From positions 29,390,001 through 29,454,000 of the forward strand of contig NC_087436.1 in the NCBI RefSeq assembly GCF_036321535.1: a stretch of DNA of 64,000 bases, written 5' to 3'. The notes under the pieces were generated by a model that did no database searches, had not been told where the DNA came from, and was given only the letters and a program-made list of their open reading frames with translations. This document shows positions 12,085 to 25,260 of the stretch, piece by piece. The translations under genes were made by a program, and so were the position numbers. Numbering within the stretch: the first letter of the stretch is position 1; every line of letters starts with the position of its first letter. This DNA is from Camelus dromedarius (taxonomy: Eukaryota).

Positions 12085-12930
12085 TTTATGATCTGAATGT
12101 AACAAGAGAAAGAGTAAGTAATCTTGATAGCAGAGTAATAGGTATCATCCAAACAGAAACATAATAAGGAAAAATAATTTAAAAATTAAAATTAGCCAAG
12201 ACCTGTGGCATAATATAAAATATTTTAACATACTAACTGCATTTCAAGAAGGACAATAAATGAGACAGAAGAAATATTTGACAAGATAATGATAGAGACT
12301 GCTCTAAACTGACAGTTTAGTTTCAAGGAGTTCAACACACCTCTGGTAAGATAAAAGCAGAAAATCAAACCTAGGTATCTTGAAGAAAAACCTCTGAAAA
12401 CCAAAGACAAAGAGATAATCTTAAAAACAGAATTTAGGAAGGACATATTAAATTCAGAAAACAATAATAAAAAATAATTGTTGACATCTGATCTGAAACA
12501 ATGGAAGCCAGAGGCAATGGAATCACACCTTTAAAAGGATAGAAGGAAAAAAAAATCTAGAATTGTGTAACATGAAAGAATATCCCTCAAAAATAAAGAC
12601 ACATTTTTCCAGATAAGCAAGAGTTCAGAAAATTTATCTTTAGCAGATCTACATTACAAGAAATATACTGTGTACTTCCATTAATACAAAATAAAAAATT
12701 GGTCCAAAAAGTCATAATTACAGATACCTGGGAGATGACATAAGTATAAGTATATGTTCAAAGTGACTACAATAAAAATCAGGAAAATGTTAGGGGATCA
12801 TGATTTGGAAAGGGAATGAGGGAACCTGGGGATCCTGGATCCTGGCAGTACTATTTCTGGACTCTAAGTTGTGAAATAGATGTGTCCTTACAATAATTCA
12901 CTAATATGTACCTTAATTTGTATATACTGC
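12085..12930 (+). mobile_element. Ancient L1 ORF1 relic (to about 12665) abutting an L1ME-like 3' end
   Basis: aagacctgtggcataatat, gaagaaatatttgacaagataatg, ctgaaaaccaaagacaaagagataatcttaaaa and gaaacaatggaagccagaggcaatggaat are L1 ORF1 motifs; they are followed by atactgtgtacttccatt...gagggaacc 3' UTR-like sequence. Confidence 0.7.
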
Positions 12931-14329
12931 TATACCATGGAGGCAAACAAGGCCTTTGCTGAGGGTACACAGCTCCCTAACCACGCCTGAGCAAGGAACC
13001 CAGTGGTATGAGACAGCCCTGGACACGGAGAGCTGTGAGGAGGACTGGAGAGAAAAACTTCACCAGTGTGCATGTTATGAGCCATAATGAAATAAACATT
13101 TTACTTTTTAAGTGCCCTAGAGTTCCATTTTTTACCAAAAAAACCCCACATAATATCAAAGACAATTTATCAATTTACCTGTTTAGGTTGCATACCTTAT
13201 TTCAGAGGAACTGAGGTAGCATAATAAAAATCAGAGAAAATAAGATTTGTATATTTGTGTGGGGGTTTTATTTCATTTATTTTTTTCGTTTTTTGCTTTT
13301 TACTGATAAAGATGTAAGGGGGAAATGCCACACATGGTAGTGTGAGCAGAGGTGTCACTCCTCAAAAATTTTAAAAACTAGCTCATGTAATACTAAAAAT
13401 AGTGTATTGCTTTGCTTTCGTTAGTTTACTTAAGACTTTTATATACATACCACAATTTTTTAGGAGTTCTGAAATAATGTACTTACTGCACGAAGGACCA
13501 GACAGAATGAATAAGAGAAACTTGCAAGATTACCAATATCTTCTGAGCTAAAAGATGGACTCTAGAGGCAAAAGGTGAACTATGAAGGAGATATGTCTGT
13601 CACACGTCATTTGGAATCAATTCCGTGTGTGTTGGTCCCCAGTATTTGGATGCAGCGGCACTATGGTATTACAAAATCTGTGTCCAACGCCAGGAGCTAT
13701 AGCAAGGAGAAGGCTGACACAATGTTAGAGCTATGCCCTTAATGCAGCCAGCAGCCTCAGCCAAAATGAGACTAGACAGTGCCAGAAAGCTGGATATTTT
13801 GAGGATTTTCCCAGCAAAGGCGGTTTTAACAAACAAAGGGAGGGGGGAAAAAAAAACTTGTTTCAGAGGAAAGAGTAATTGCTTAGACTGCTCACAGCCT
13901 ACCCAATTGCCTCAAAATTCACACTGTTTGACAAAGGACTGTGAAATAACATTACCAATAAAATCACTTTTTGATCATTTCTGTACAAAACCCAGAGTGC
14001 TGTATAAATTGCAATTTAGTAACATTAGATATCTGTTGTGATAAAAATTCTAATTTTTTTTTTTTAGAATTGACCATTTTCACACATTTTTCTTTCTAGA
14101 TTAAGTTTTGAATAAACATTCAAAGTTCTTTCCAAAAACCCTTTAATTAGGGGACTTTAATTAGGGCTGAATTATATTTCTAGTATAATTGAGGATAGAG
14201 TTATCATTTTTTAAGATACTGAGTTTTCCTACAGAGAAACATAGTATGTCTCACCATATTTTTGAAGACAAGTATCTGAGAAATAAGATTTTTAAAATAT
14301 GAAAAAAAAATCATGTACTAATATATTTA

Positions 14330-14750
14330 CCTTAACATCTCCATCTAAATGTCAAAAAGACATCTCGAAAGTATATATTCAAATTAGAACTCTCTTCTCA
14401 AGTTTTTTCCTACACCAACACTTCTCATCAGTACTGATATGACACCTCTGTTGTGTTCAATACTTTTCAGTGCTGTCCCTCAAGTCACCCTTGATTTTTC
14501 CCTTTTCACCTCTGGGCTAACATCTAATGAACAGTGCCTTTAAACAGTCTTAACATGTATCAAGTACTTAATAAACATCTGTCAAAGGAATAAGTAAATG
14601 AAATCATCCAAAATTTGTATAGCTTTTCCCTCAAGACTTATCCTAAATTCATCCACTTTATTTCAGATTCATTGTCTCCATGAAGTCCATTCGTATTCAT
14701 AATACAGATTATGTCATTTCACTGCTTAAACCACCACATAACATCCCTTT
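14330..14750 (+). mobile_element. L2 LINE fragment
   Basis: acatctccatctaaatgtcaaaaagacatctcgaaa...caaattagaactc and atgtcatttcactgcttaaacc are L2 motifs. Confidence 0.55.
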
Positions 14751-15069
14751 TATTTTATTTATTAGCTTTGTATTTTGTTAGCTTTAAAAAAAATCTAATG
14801 CAATTATGTAAGTCAAAATTAAATGTTAAAAATGCTGAATAATCAATATTGATTCTTATATTTCTATGCATTGTCTGTCCCCAACCTTCATGGATTCTTA
14901 GCAATCTGGCCACAGGTTTTTTATGTTTATACAAGTGAACGAGTGCAGAGATTCTGATCCCTTCCCTATTTTCTAACAAAGATAATAAGTATATACATAG
15001 TTCATTACTTTTCCTTCCCCTTCCAAAATATGTAAAAAGCATTTCTATTTCAGGGCATAGAGACATTAA

Positions 15070-15640
15070 TTAACCCTTTTTAGAGCTGTAACAGTTTCCA
15101 CTGTTTGGATGTATACAATTTCTAATTAATTCATTTAATTGTTTAGATTACACTATTCTGATCTTACAAACAAGGTTGTAATGAACATCATTCATGTAAG
15201 TATATCTGTATGAGGAATTCTCTGAGGCAAAATTTTTTGGTTAAAGGTTATATTCTATTATTTTGTAACTTAGATATTATAAATACAGTGACCCTTGAAC
15301 TTAGGTGGGGTTAGGGGGACCTACTTTCCACAGAGTTGAGAATCTGCATATAACTTAGGGTCAAATCTCTGTATACACCGTGAGTTCCTCTGTCTCCGGG
15401 AACTCAACCATGGATGGAGTAGTACTGGAGTATTTCTACTGAAAAAAAATTCGAGTATAAGTGGACCCATGTGGTTCACATCCAAACTGTTCAAGGGTCA
15501 ACTGTACATAATACTGCTCTCCATGGGTTCTGTATCAATTTGTATTCCTACCAAGCACAATATAGAATGTACTTTTCCCCAAGCCTCTTAAAAATGAGTT
15601 TCCATTTTTACAATTTTTTTAAAGTTTTGACTGTGTTTGA
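15070..15640 (-). mobile_element. Old L1 (L1ME-like) fragment interrupted by a Tigger MITE
   Basis: ttacaaacaaggttgtaatgaacatc...tggttaaaggttata | ctgctctccatgggttctgtatcaatttgtattcctaccaagca. Confidence 0.6.
15286..15504. mobile_element. Tigger-derived MITE (MER8/Tigger2a-like, TcMar)
   Basis: TIRs cagtgacccttgaac / gttcaagggtcaactg flanked by TA on both sides (15284-15285, 15505-15506). The internal gtataagtggaccc motif is typical. Confidence 0.88.
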
Positions 15641-17309
15641 GTCAGTTTTCTCATTTTTATTCTCCAAGTCACTTCTGTATTTTCTTTGATGGACTCTCCC
15701 AAGTATCACTTCTAATTTCATCTTCATTTATCTGATGGGTTTATTTTTTTATTTTCAACTTTTACCAAGGTCTTACGAATTCATGTTTCATGTCTTCATA
15801 CTTTCTCATCATTTTTTCTCTAACTTTACACTTCTGCTTTGTGATCTCCCTTCATAAGACTGATTGCAAACTTCAATGTGTGTATGTTCATTAATTCATG
15901 ACAGAATATTTGCTTACCACTTGCTCTGAGAAGGCTTTTCTATTTAAATAATTATTTGATGGTATGAAAGTTTCGTTTCTCTCCTCCAGTTATCCTAATA
16001 ACAATATTATAACAGTGGTCTAACATTTCCTGTGTTGTTACTCATTATTGAACATACTGGTTTTTATTAGGCTATTTGTTTGCAGAGATTTCCTGTTTGG
16101 GATGAAGAGGTCAAACCCTTCACTGTTCTGACGTAGAGACAGACAGCTTCTTACAAATAAGCCTTCTCAGTGTGCTCTTTGGAAATCCATTCATTTAAGG
16201 TGCACATACACATAATTCTTTGGGAATAAAATTGTTTTCCTTATTTAATTTTATTATTACTTTCACTGTATATGCACATAGTTGAATACTTCTTAATCAT
16301 AGTTTCATGACACAATATAGTCATAGATCCATGCCTGGGCTTCTTTTATGTATTATTTTATTAGTTAGTTTTTTTTTTTTTTAGGCATATTTCTCTAAAT
16401 GTAAAAAGCACTCATGAACCTACCACACAAACAAATCCGAGACCTTGATGATAACTGATATAAACATATTGCCACTCTCATCCCATCCACCTGGCTTCCT
16501 CTTAATGACATTAACGTTTTTCTGAATCTTATATTCATCATTCTCTTATCTTCTTTTTTTCTTTTTAAAATAAAGCTTTATTGCTTTTCCATGGATTTCT
16601 GGATTTTCTTTTTTTATTTTAATTTAACAAAAAATGTTTTCATGCACATGATCTTTAAGAAAAATGGTTTTAAGTAAACATAGTAAACATTACATGTAAT
16701 ATTTGCCAGTTGGAAATTCATAATGTGTTTCACTGTATTAATACGATGAACACTGCAGTTTGCAACAATAATTATTTTCCAACTTTTAAAACACAATGCC
16801 TCACAATGTTATTACTGTAAGCACCACACTTCCTATGACAATTCCTCCTGCAAAGACCTGGGCAATAACATTAGTAAATGGCACCATTAGTAGGCTCTCT
16901 TCCTATTCTTTATGGCTTTTATTTCACATCTTCTCCAGCAAGTTCCAACTTCTAACTTTAATAGCTCTTCCTTCACTCAAAAATCTCATCTTCTCCTTCA
17001 GAATGAAAATAAATTTATTAAATAGGAGTCCTGACATTCCTATATCTTCTCCTAAACTATTCCCTTTTCCTTTTCTCTTACTGTTAAGAGTTTCTTCTGG
17101 GTAAAATTCTTTTGTACTATTGAAAACATTTCTTCCATTATTCCATCATTATAACAATTCTTCCACATATACCAGAATACAGAATTGTATTCTGTAGTTT
17201 AACTATACCCCATCATAATTTTTACCTCTCCTTACTGGTTATTCCACAGTGACTTAAATATATCCAGTTTTCCTCACATCTTTATGATTCTGTTTCAATC
17301 TCATTATTC

Positions 17310-17535
17310 TTCAGCCAGTCAAGAAGTATTTCTTGAGCTCTCTGTCATGTTCCATAGAGATGGCTCTTGTCCTCATGAAATCTATTTAGTGGGAAAAATC
17401 AACAGTAAAAATTAATTAAAATTTGTAAATTGTATCAGTGCAAAGTACTAATGAGAGAAATTTATGGTGTTATAGCAATATTTCCAGAGGAAAATTATTT
17501 ATCTTCGTGTACAGATAGTTTTCTATGAGAAAGTG
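17310..17535 (-). mobile_element. L2 3' fragment
   Basis: aagtatttcttgagc...ttgtcctcatgaaatctatttagtggga, a degenerate reverse L2 3' end. Confidence 0.45.
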
Positions 17536-20500
17536 CATTAATTAGGTAAACTTGGATCAGCTTAGGTAATCAGATGCTAAATAGACTCTGAAACTCCCCC
17601 AGTTTTTACACCTGGAATAGAGTTATCACAATCAAAGTACAGAGTTCAGCAGTGGGACATTGGTATACGTTAATGGGAACCTAAGAACTCAGGAATGACG
17701 GTCTTTGTGTTTCCACTATTGTCTTTGTCTCCAAGTCTCTAGCTACCCAGCACTAGGACAAAGCACCTCGCCTCAGGGAAGTTCAGAATCAGCTTGAGGT
17801 AGAGCTCTCAAAATGAGCTGATGTACAGACATATTCTAGCTACATGGGCAGCCTTAATCTTAAAATTCCCCACCCAACCCCCAGGCTCACCCAAATTCAG
17901 GTGCAAACATAAATCCAGTTACAAAGCAATTACAGAACAATGCTGACAGGCTGAGACATCCTGTTCCAAAACAACTCACAGACCCACAGTTACAGGATAT
18001 CATTTTCGTTTGGCTTCAAAGATAATGATGAGAAGGATAATCAGGATGCTGCAAATGCAAGCAAACCTCTAGACCAAGAGCGCATGTACTATGCCAGCAA
18101 CAGATGGAAAATGCTGCAGGAAATGAAGAGGCTGACTTGTTCTGGAGGAAGTTGAGAAACAGAGAAAGAAGCAACTGTTTAAAAGAAGACAACTCTTCAG
18201 TTTTTTGAAAATCCTTTAGAAAGATGTGCCAGTACACTGGAGCATCTTCAGGCTACACTGAGCACTTGCTGGAAGTTGTTAAGCTGTAAATTACTGCCCT
18301 AACAGCCTTCAAGTAGAAATTACACAAATAGAAGTCAAACACTCTTAAAAAGTTAAAAATCTTAATAGGGAGCACTGTGTTCTGTTTGGAAAGAGATATT
18401 ATGATATATTAAATATATGGGTTTAGAAAATATGAATGTAAAGGAAATGGTTGGAAAATAATTTCTGAGGAAAAGCAAGACAAAATAAAACATATAAAGG
18501 AAAACACCACTTGGAATGTGTTCTTTGTTGTTTGTTGACTATTTTGAGAATGTTAATATGCTCAGATATATGACTTGGAATATCTGACTATTCCTATTCA
18601 AATTTGAATACCTCGTTCGCAAACTCTTAAAGATGTCCAGCTTCTCAGATGTTGTCAGGCTTATGTGTTTTCTGACATAATTTCTTTTTGAATTTATTGA
18701 GTTAATTTCCAAATGAGATATTAATGAAGGCATAGAAAAAGAGGCCAATTCAGATAATTCTAATCCCTACTTTCCCCATGGACTAGAAATAATAGACATC
18801 ACGGTGGGGCAGGCAGGTAAACTGACAGCAAAGAGAGGCTGACACTATGAAAATTATTAAGCAGTAGAAGAAGCAAAAAGAACACTCTTTGTAACTGTTC
18901 TTGTGTTCCCAGAACTTCTGAGGGTGGAATGTTAATAATATATGTTTCTTTCATTGTTAAAATTGTTGATAAATAGCAGTTGGAATATTTTTTCCAATGA
19001 AAATCCAGTTTCATGAATCACATTCTACTTCATGAAAGAAGGCATTTCACAAGATGACAGTGACGGTGAATTGGAAGAAACGGGTGTGGAAGAGCGTGGT
19101 GATACAGCAGAAGGACGTTATTAACAATGTCAATATCAGGCAGAGTGTAAGCTATGACTCTGGCTGTGTATCGTGTAAAAGATAATCTGTAGTGCAAAGG
19201 CCTAGACATACATATTAGTTAGTTACTGTCCAATATAATTTGATAAGTTTTGAAACTGGCTATTATATAAATATTTTTTAAAAACTCATTATATTTAGAA
19301 TTTTACAGTAAAATTTTGCATGAGATACATAGGATGCAGTAAGTTATCACTCACTGGCTACTGCAGACTTTGGGTCTTGTGAACTGCTTCTTCATATAGC
19401 AGCTGTGAAATGTATCAGGACTGTAACTGAGAGATACAGGTGTTTAGAACATTTTCTTAAAAGAGCAACTAAGGTAATTTTCAAGTCAGCTTGCATGAGT
19501 GCTTCTTTTGGCACTTTGTAGTAGAAATGTCACCTCTTGTATTAACTGAAAATGCTTTTTCAGTGTTGATCTTCACATATTAATAAAGAGTTAAAAATAT
19601 CCCCCCCACTTATAATTGATGTTAAAAATTACAATTTCATTTGGCACTTTGTACGTTAGGTGATAGTTAAAAGAAAATGGTTAATATTAAGATAGTTTAT
19701 CTCTAGACCATTAGCAGAATCTTAACTTCACCTGAAAATAAAAATTCTGAATCTAAAAAGTGCAATTATGGAATTAGAATTAGAACTATACACAAGGTCT
19801 CTGCCCACATTCATGTATTTACTTGGTTTTCTCCCTTTGTTTAGAGCAGTTATCAACACTCAGTTGCATTAGAATCTCTCTGTATGGAATCTAAGAACTC
19901 TTGTTGGTGACTGCTATTTCTTTGGATGGTTCTGCTGTGTGGTGGAGACAGAGAAGTGACATGCATTCATTCTTAAAAGAAAAGGACCCTTCCTTTCACA
20001 CTCATACTTGAAATCAAGGCTTCCACTTTTCTTTATGTGTCATTTCCTCATTTACAAAGAGACTAATCATTTTGGAAAATATGTGTGACTTGACCATGCT
20101 GCCATTACAAGATTATAGAGCACACTTCTATTTTAAAGGAATAAAGTGTTTAATTTTAAGTATTGGGTTCTTATGACAGTATTTATTTATGGAAATAGTA
20201 GTTTTTCTAGAGTGATAATAGATTTAACAAAAATAAGTACAGTTTTTTCCTTAAATGAAGAAATGTGTCATCCTAAAACTCTTGGTTTGTGCAAATGCTT
20301 GCTGAATTTCAAATATAAATAAACCTTACTTAGTCTAAAAACATCTCTCTCCTGTTTCTTTACTTCAAGGTTTGGTTTAATGTAACAAGCCAAAAAATGT
20401 TTCAAAAGATTTCATAGCAACGATTCAATTCCCTACACAGACCTGAATTAGTGGGAAAACATTTGGGGCTCCCCCTAATTGAATGGGGCATTTTATTATG

Positions 20501-23112
20501 TTTAAATGAAAGGGTTCTTTACAAATGAGATTCCTGCTGAATAGAATCCTATCAAAAAAGCAGTGGAAACCTGTCAATAATGCCCATGAGCCTTGTAACA
20601 TGTTTTATGTCTTTCACGGTGTGCTCTGCTTCACCAGATCCCTTAATCCCAGCCACAGTTCCTGTTGCCGTTTTGAAACAGCTCGCTGATAAGCAGTTTC
20701 TCCTCTATCTGTGGTATAACAACCACAAATGCAGGTTTTTCAGGGCACTGGGATATGTTTTGCATAAATCAAATTTAAAAAATCATTTCCAAATGAGATT
20801 ATTTTACGATGGGAAAACTATTCTTCAAAGAGACAGGAAGCTGGGCTTTGAGTGTTTCTTTCTAGGTATATGATCAAAACTGTCATTTGGTGGTTAGGGA
20901 TTTCTCTAAGGGGAAAAAAAAAAAATGACCTCACAAGAGAAATAAGATGCTTCCCACATTGGCTTTTCTACGTCTTTAAAATGACATTAGAAAAGACAAT
21001 AACAGATTATGCTTCCACTGAATTTTTCAGTTATGCTTTAGATGACTTGTATTTCTTTTCAACCAGGCTGAATGGTTTTAGCACAATAAGATATAACTGA
21101 GCCTGCCCTCTGAAAGGTGTTAATAGTGAAGTGGAGAAAGGAGGGGTGTCGTCTTCAAGAAGATTATTGCAACTCTTTTTTCTCGGACGAGGGCTTTTCT
21201 TGGTACCTTATTATCATATGTTTTTGATTAGAGAAGTCTGTGTGTGTTTTGAAACAATTTGGTCATTACTGTCACAGCAGGAAGATTTCAGTGTTCATAT
21301 ACACAATAATTATGGGGTCTCTGAAGTATTGCTTGGCTTTAAAATTATGTTCTTAAAAAAGTTTTCCTTAGTCTTTTATTCAATGGCACATATTGTTTAT
21401 ACGAGGATTCAAGTATTTTCTAAAGTAACTATAAAGTACTAAAGGGATGAGAAAACAACAAGTTTGATTACCATTTATTTTTTTAATGCATCACTGTTTC
21501 TAATGTGAATCAATTATATTCATTTATATTTTTCTCAATAGATGCCACTTAGATAATTTTCAGATTTATAATTCAAGTTTCTGAATTTCTGCCATGGATA
21601 AAAATATTTCACTTTTGAAATATTATGACTTTTAAAAATACATATATAAACCTGTGCAAATATTGTCACTAAGAGTTAAATAGCCACGGTGTAACTAAGA
21701 TTGAATATTTTATTTTTAAGAACATGCAGGGATATTCATTGTGTTCATTTCTGCATTTTTTTATGTTGGGAATATTTCATAGTAAAGAGTGAGCAAAGTA
21801 CAAAAAAAAGAATATTTAGCAGACACTTAAAAGGCAAAATAGCAAAAGACTCATGAAATTAGGCAGTTTTTTCTAAGGTGTCAAAATTCCAGTTTCTGCC
21901 TATTCAGGACATTAAGTCACTTATCCCGTTTCTCTTGGTTACCTGACAGTCTTTCCGGCTTGTGTCCTGTTCTCCTCACACCTCGCCACTCCCAATTCAA
22001 TCCTCCTTTTGAGGGAAAGAGTCATTCTTAAAATTCTGGGTCCTAGAATCTGAAAAGAGAATTATTACATATTACGTGATTGCTATCTGTTACACTTCAC
22101 TTATCAGAAGGCTGATATTTCCCAGGTAGTAGGTGTTAAACGTGAAAAGGAGAATAGTTCAAAATAGAATAAATTTCTGAATACATTAATGCTAATTTTC
22201 ATCGTATGTAGTCCAAATAGTAGTATGACTTTCTGATCTACATTAAAAAAAAACCCGGTAAGTTTATGTGATTGCTTCAAAAGAAGGCTAAAGTGTGTCA
22301 GGATTTCTATTTCTAATATAATAACAATTATTTTTCTACTCATATTTAAACATAAACTTAACTTTTCTTCATAAAGCAAACCAGAAACATTTTGCCAGAA
22401 AGTAACTAGCTTTCGTGGTCTCAAAGATATTCTAATCCTCTCTAGGACATTTTAAGAGAATATATGAAAACAGAATGCACTGTGTTCATGGTCAAAGAAT
22501 ATTTTTTACTGCTTTTTCAACAAAATACATTAGGTAATAGCTGATCTTTGCTCTTCTTGCTAATTTTTATCCTTTAAAAGCCTTTATATTTTTCTCCATG
22601 CTTCTGTGCTTCTCAAATAAAGGCCAAAAGTACTATTTCATAGCTCTGCTTAAATAATTCATTTAACAATTAAATTCAATTAATAAAAATAAAATAGACT
22701 CAGGTAATATAGTCATAATTTTTAGTAGAAAGTATACTAATATTAATAATTCTGTCCCACTAGTAGCCACTTTATTTCCATATGTCTGTTTTAAGAAAGA
22801 TATTTTGTTTACTTTATCTTGTCTGTTTATGGAGTCAAATATATTCATATTTGTAGGGCAAAAATTTATATAATTCAACTCACTCATGTTTTCATCCAAG
22901 TTGCTAAACAAAATCTTGAGGATACTGTCTTGGTTCCTAAAATACTCCAACATTTCTTCAGTTTGAAAAAAAAAATCTTCATTTTACAAATGTTCCCATT
23001 TGCCAGGTCAGTCACGTGAAAGGCTGGGGGACACATCTGAGGGTGTTATTTTTGCCTCTGCCACACTTGCTATATACGAGATTCACATTGGTGATGCACT
23101 CAAAGAGACAGG

Positions 23113-23418
23113 AGTTAAAAGATAAACTGAGACAAATGAAAAATGATAAAGAGTTTATTTGAGCAAAAAACAATTGGAATAGGCAGTACCTGTGGTTAGA
23201 GTGTTCCACCAACAAATGCTGGAGGGAAGACCTTTTTAGGGAAAAGGCTGAAGCAAAGTAAGGAAATTATTGACTGGTTATAATTTAAAGCCTACTTGGC
23301 TGTTTGTGACTGGTTGTCCTTAGGTTTTGATTTTGTAACCTTGAGGCATTTAGAGGCTTCGATTTTAGTTTGTTCACATAGGCACCTCAATCTAATGGCC
23401 TGTGTAATTAACTTAACA
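23113..23418 (-). mobile_element. ERV1 solo LTR (MER67-like), short
   Basis: 4-bp TSD cagg (23109-23112, 23419-23422). Termini (a)gttaaaag...cttaaca. agagtttatttgagcaaa contains the minus-strand AATAAA. cctcaatctaatggcct lies near the end. Confidence 0.75.
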
Positions 23419-24102
23419 CAGGTAACACTTAAACACATTCATCTTTTGCTTTCACTATTGCTGACAGGTTGTTAATCAACCTTTTGAAAATTATTTATGG
23501 TTGTAACACAGTATCAATTAAATAGTCACATCTACATTTTATTTTAGCAATTTTTCTCTGAATTAAAAAGAATACAATTACTTTGTGTTATATTTGTAAA
23601 ATTCAGAAAAGCATCAAGATTCTTTCGTTGACTATCTGATTATCCTGAGTTCACTATTAATAGTTTGGTGTCTCCATTTTTAGTGTTGAATGTGTAGATA
23701 CATGCACCTTTAGAGAAAGGGATAGAGACAGTGATAAGGAACAAGTGAGAAATTTAAAACATGCATATGAGAAACTTAAAATTCCATCTAGGAAAGCTTA
23801 GGTGAATTCCTGTTACTATGTACCATAAGTTCAGTAACTAATGACCAAATAATGTTGTTCATGTAAGAAGTAACTAGATTAAAAATAAAAGGCTGCTGTT
23901 AAAAGCAATTGTTCATATACCTTTAAATGTAGTAGTCATATTATTATTCACTGTTGTTTGATTTTTTTTATGTCATCTTAAAATATATAGCCTGCCTTAT
24001 GAGGTCAGCAGTCACAAAAGAATCTCATGCCTCAGATCATTGCTCAATTACAATATCATCTGTCCCTTTGAATGCATCACTTATGTAAATTTCAAATAGC
24101 CT

Positions 24103-24476
24103 GTGTGTCACAGAGACAACACTATGTATTCACCACATTTGCCTCTTCCTGGGCACAGAGCAGGGTGACGTTTCTAGCATTCCATGTGACTAATCTGGCG
24201 AATGGGATAAAAATCAAAATTGTACAACAGGTGTGATTCCTACAGATCTCTCTTCTTTGCAGCAGTGACCAGGGATCATCTTTGAGATGTTAAGAGAATT
24301 CATACAGCACCCTGAATCTCTGAGTGACCATGTGGAATAGAGTGCCAACTCCTGCAATGCCACTTGTCAACCAGGATGGAAAATGTGGAATGTGAGAAAT
24401 AAACTCGTGCATTAAACAAATGAAATATATGATTTGATTGGTTATCAAAGCATAAACTAGGCAATTAATCTATACA
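24103..24476 (+). mobile_element. MaLR LTR (MLT1I/J-like)
   Basis: cttcctgggcacaga...ccatgtgactaatctggcgaatgg...ccctgaatctctgagtgaccatgtgga...tgagaaataaact...ataca. Confidence 0.65.
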
Positions 24477-24559
24477 TCATGTAGCCCAAATATATTTCCC
24501 AAGTTACATGAAAATCCAACTAATAGCATTTCTATTATACTGTTAAAAAAAATTGACTC

Positions 24560-24736
24560 TGGGTGTGTTCATGTCGGTTCTTAGATTGTAACAAATGTGC
24601 CACTCTGGCGGGAGATGTGATAATGAGGGAGGCTGTGCATGATTGGAGACAAGGGGTAAATGGGAAATCTCTGTACCTTCCACTCAATTTTTCCCTGAAG
24701 CTAAAGCTGATCTAAAAAACAAAGTGTATTAAAAAA
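24560..24736 (+). mobile_element. L1MC1-like extreme 3' end
   Basis: ttgtaacaaatgtgccactctgg...atgggaaatctctgtaccttccactcaattt...aaagtgtattaaaaaa; homologous to about 3350-3505. Confidence 0.8.
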
Positions 24737-24879
24737 TGAGGGGAAAACATTCATTTTATTTATTTTAAACATTTTTTGTATTTTATACATAATATGCTTA
24801 TATACCAGATTTATTGAGGTTTATAAATTTTAAATTTAGGGAATATCATATAATATTTTCAATTGCTTTTTAAAAATTT

Positions 24880-25260
24880 TAATGACAATTATTGTTTTCT
24901 TTCTAATTTTATAAGCAATACATATTCACTGCAGACAACTAGAAATTCATAAAAGCATAACATAAAAAATAATAATTACTCATAATCCCCACCCACAGAA
25001 ATAAACACTATTAGCATTTTGATTTCAATTGCTTTTAATACTTTATAATCTTAAAATGTCCATGTTACTAAATAGTCTTATAAAATACAAACTTTTTTGT
25101 TACTTTTTTATTATATTGATATATTAAAATTTCCTATTGACATTTCAGTTGATTAAAATTTCTTACTATTTTACACAATGCCAAGATGAACTAGTGTATA
25201 TCTTCTGCATTCACAGAACATTGTTCTCTTGGGCAAATATGCTTATTATGTAGGTTGTTT
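24880..25260 (-). mobile_element. L1ME-like 3' fragment
   Basis: aagcaatacatattcactgcaga...cataatcccc...aacactattagcatttt...caatgccaagatgaac. Confidence 0.5.

Noticed and set aside
14141..14166. Tandem duplication of ctttaattaggg
   Set aside because: Ordinary short slippage duplication with no further structure.
19032..19124. Acidic 30-aa micro-ORF (MKEGISQDDSDGELEETGVEERGDTAEGRY)
   Set aside because: Short purine-rich tract, compatible with decayed antisense L2 or chance; no supporting signals.
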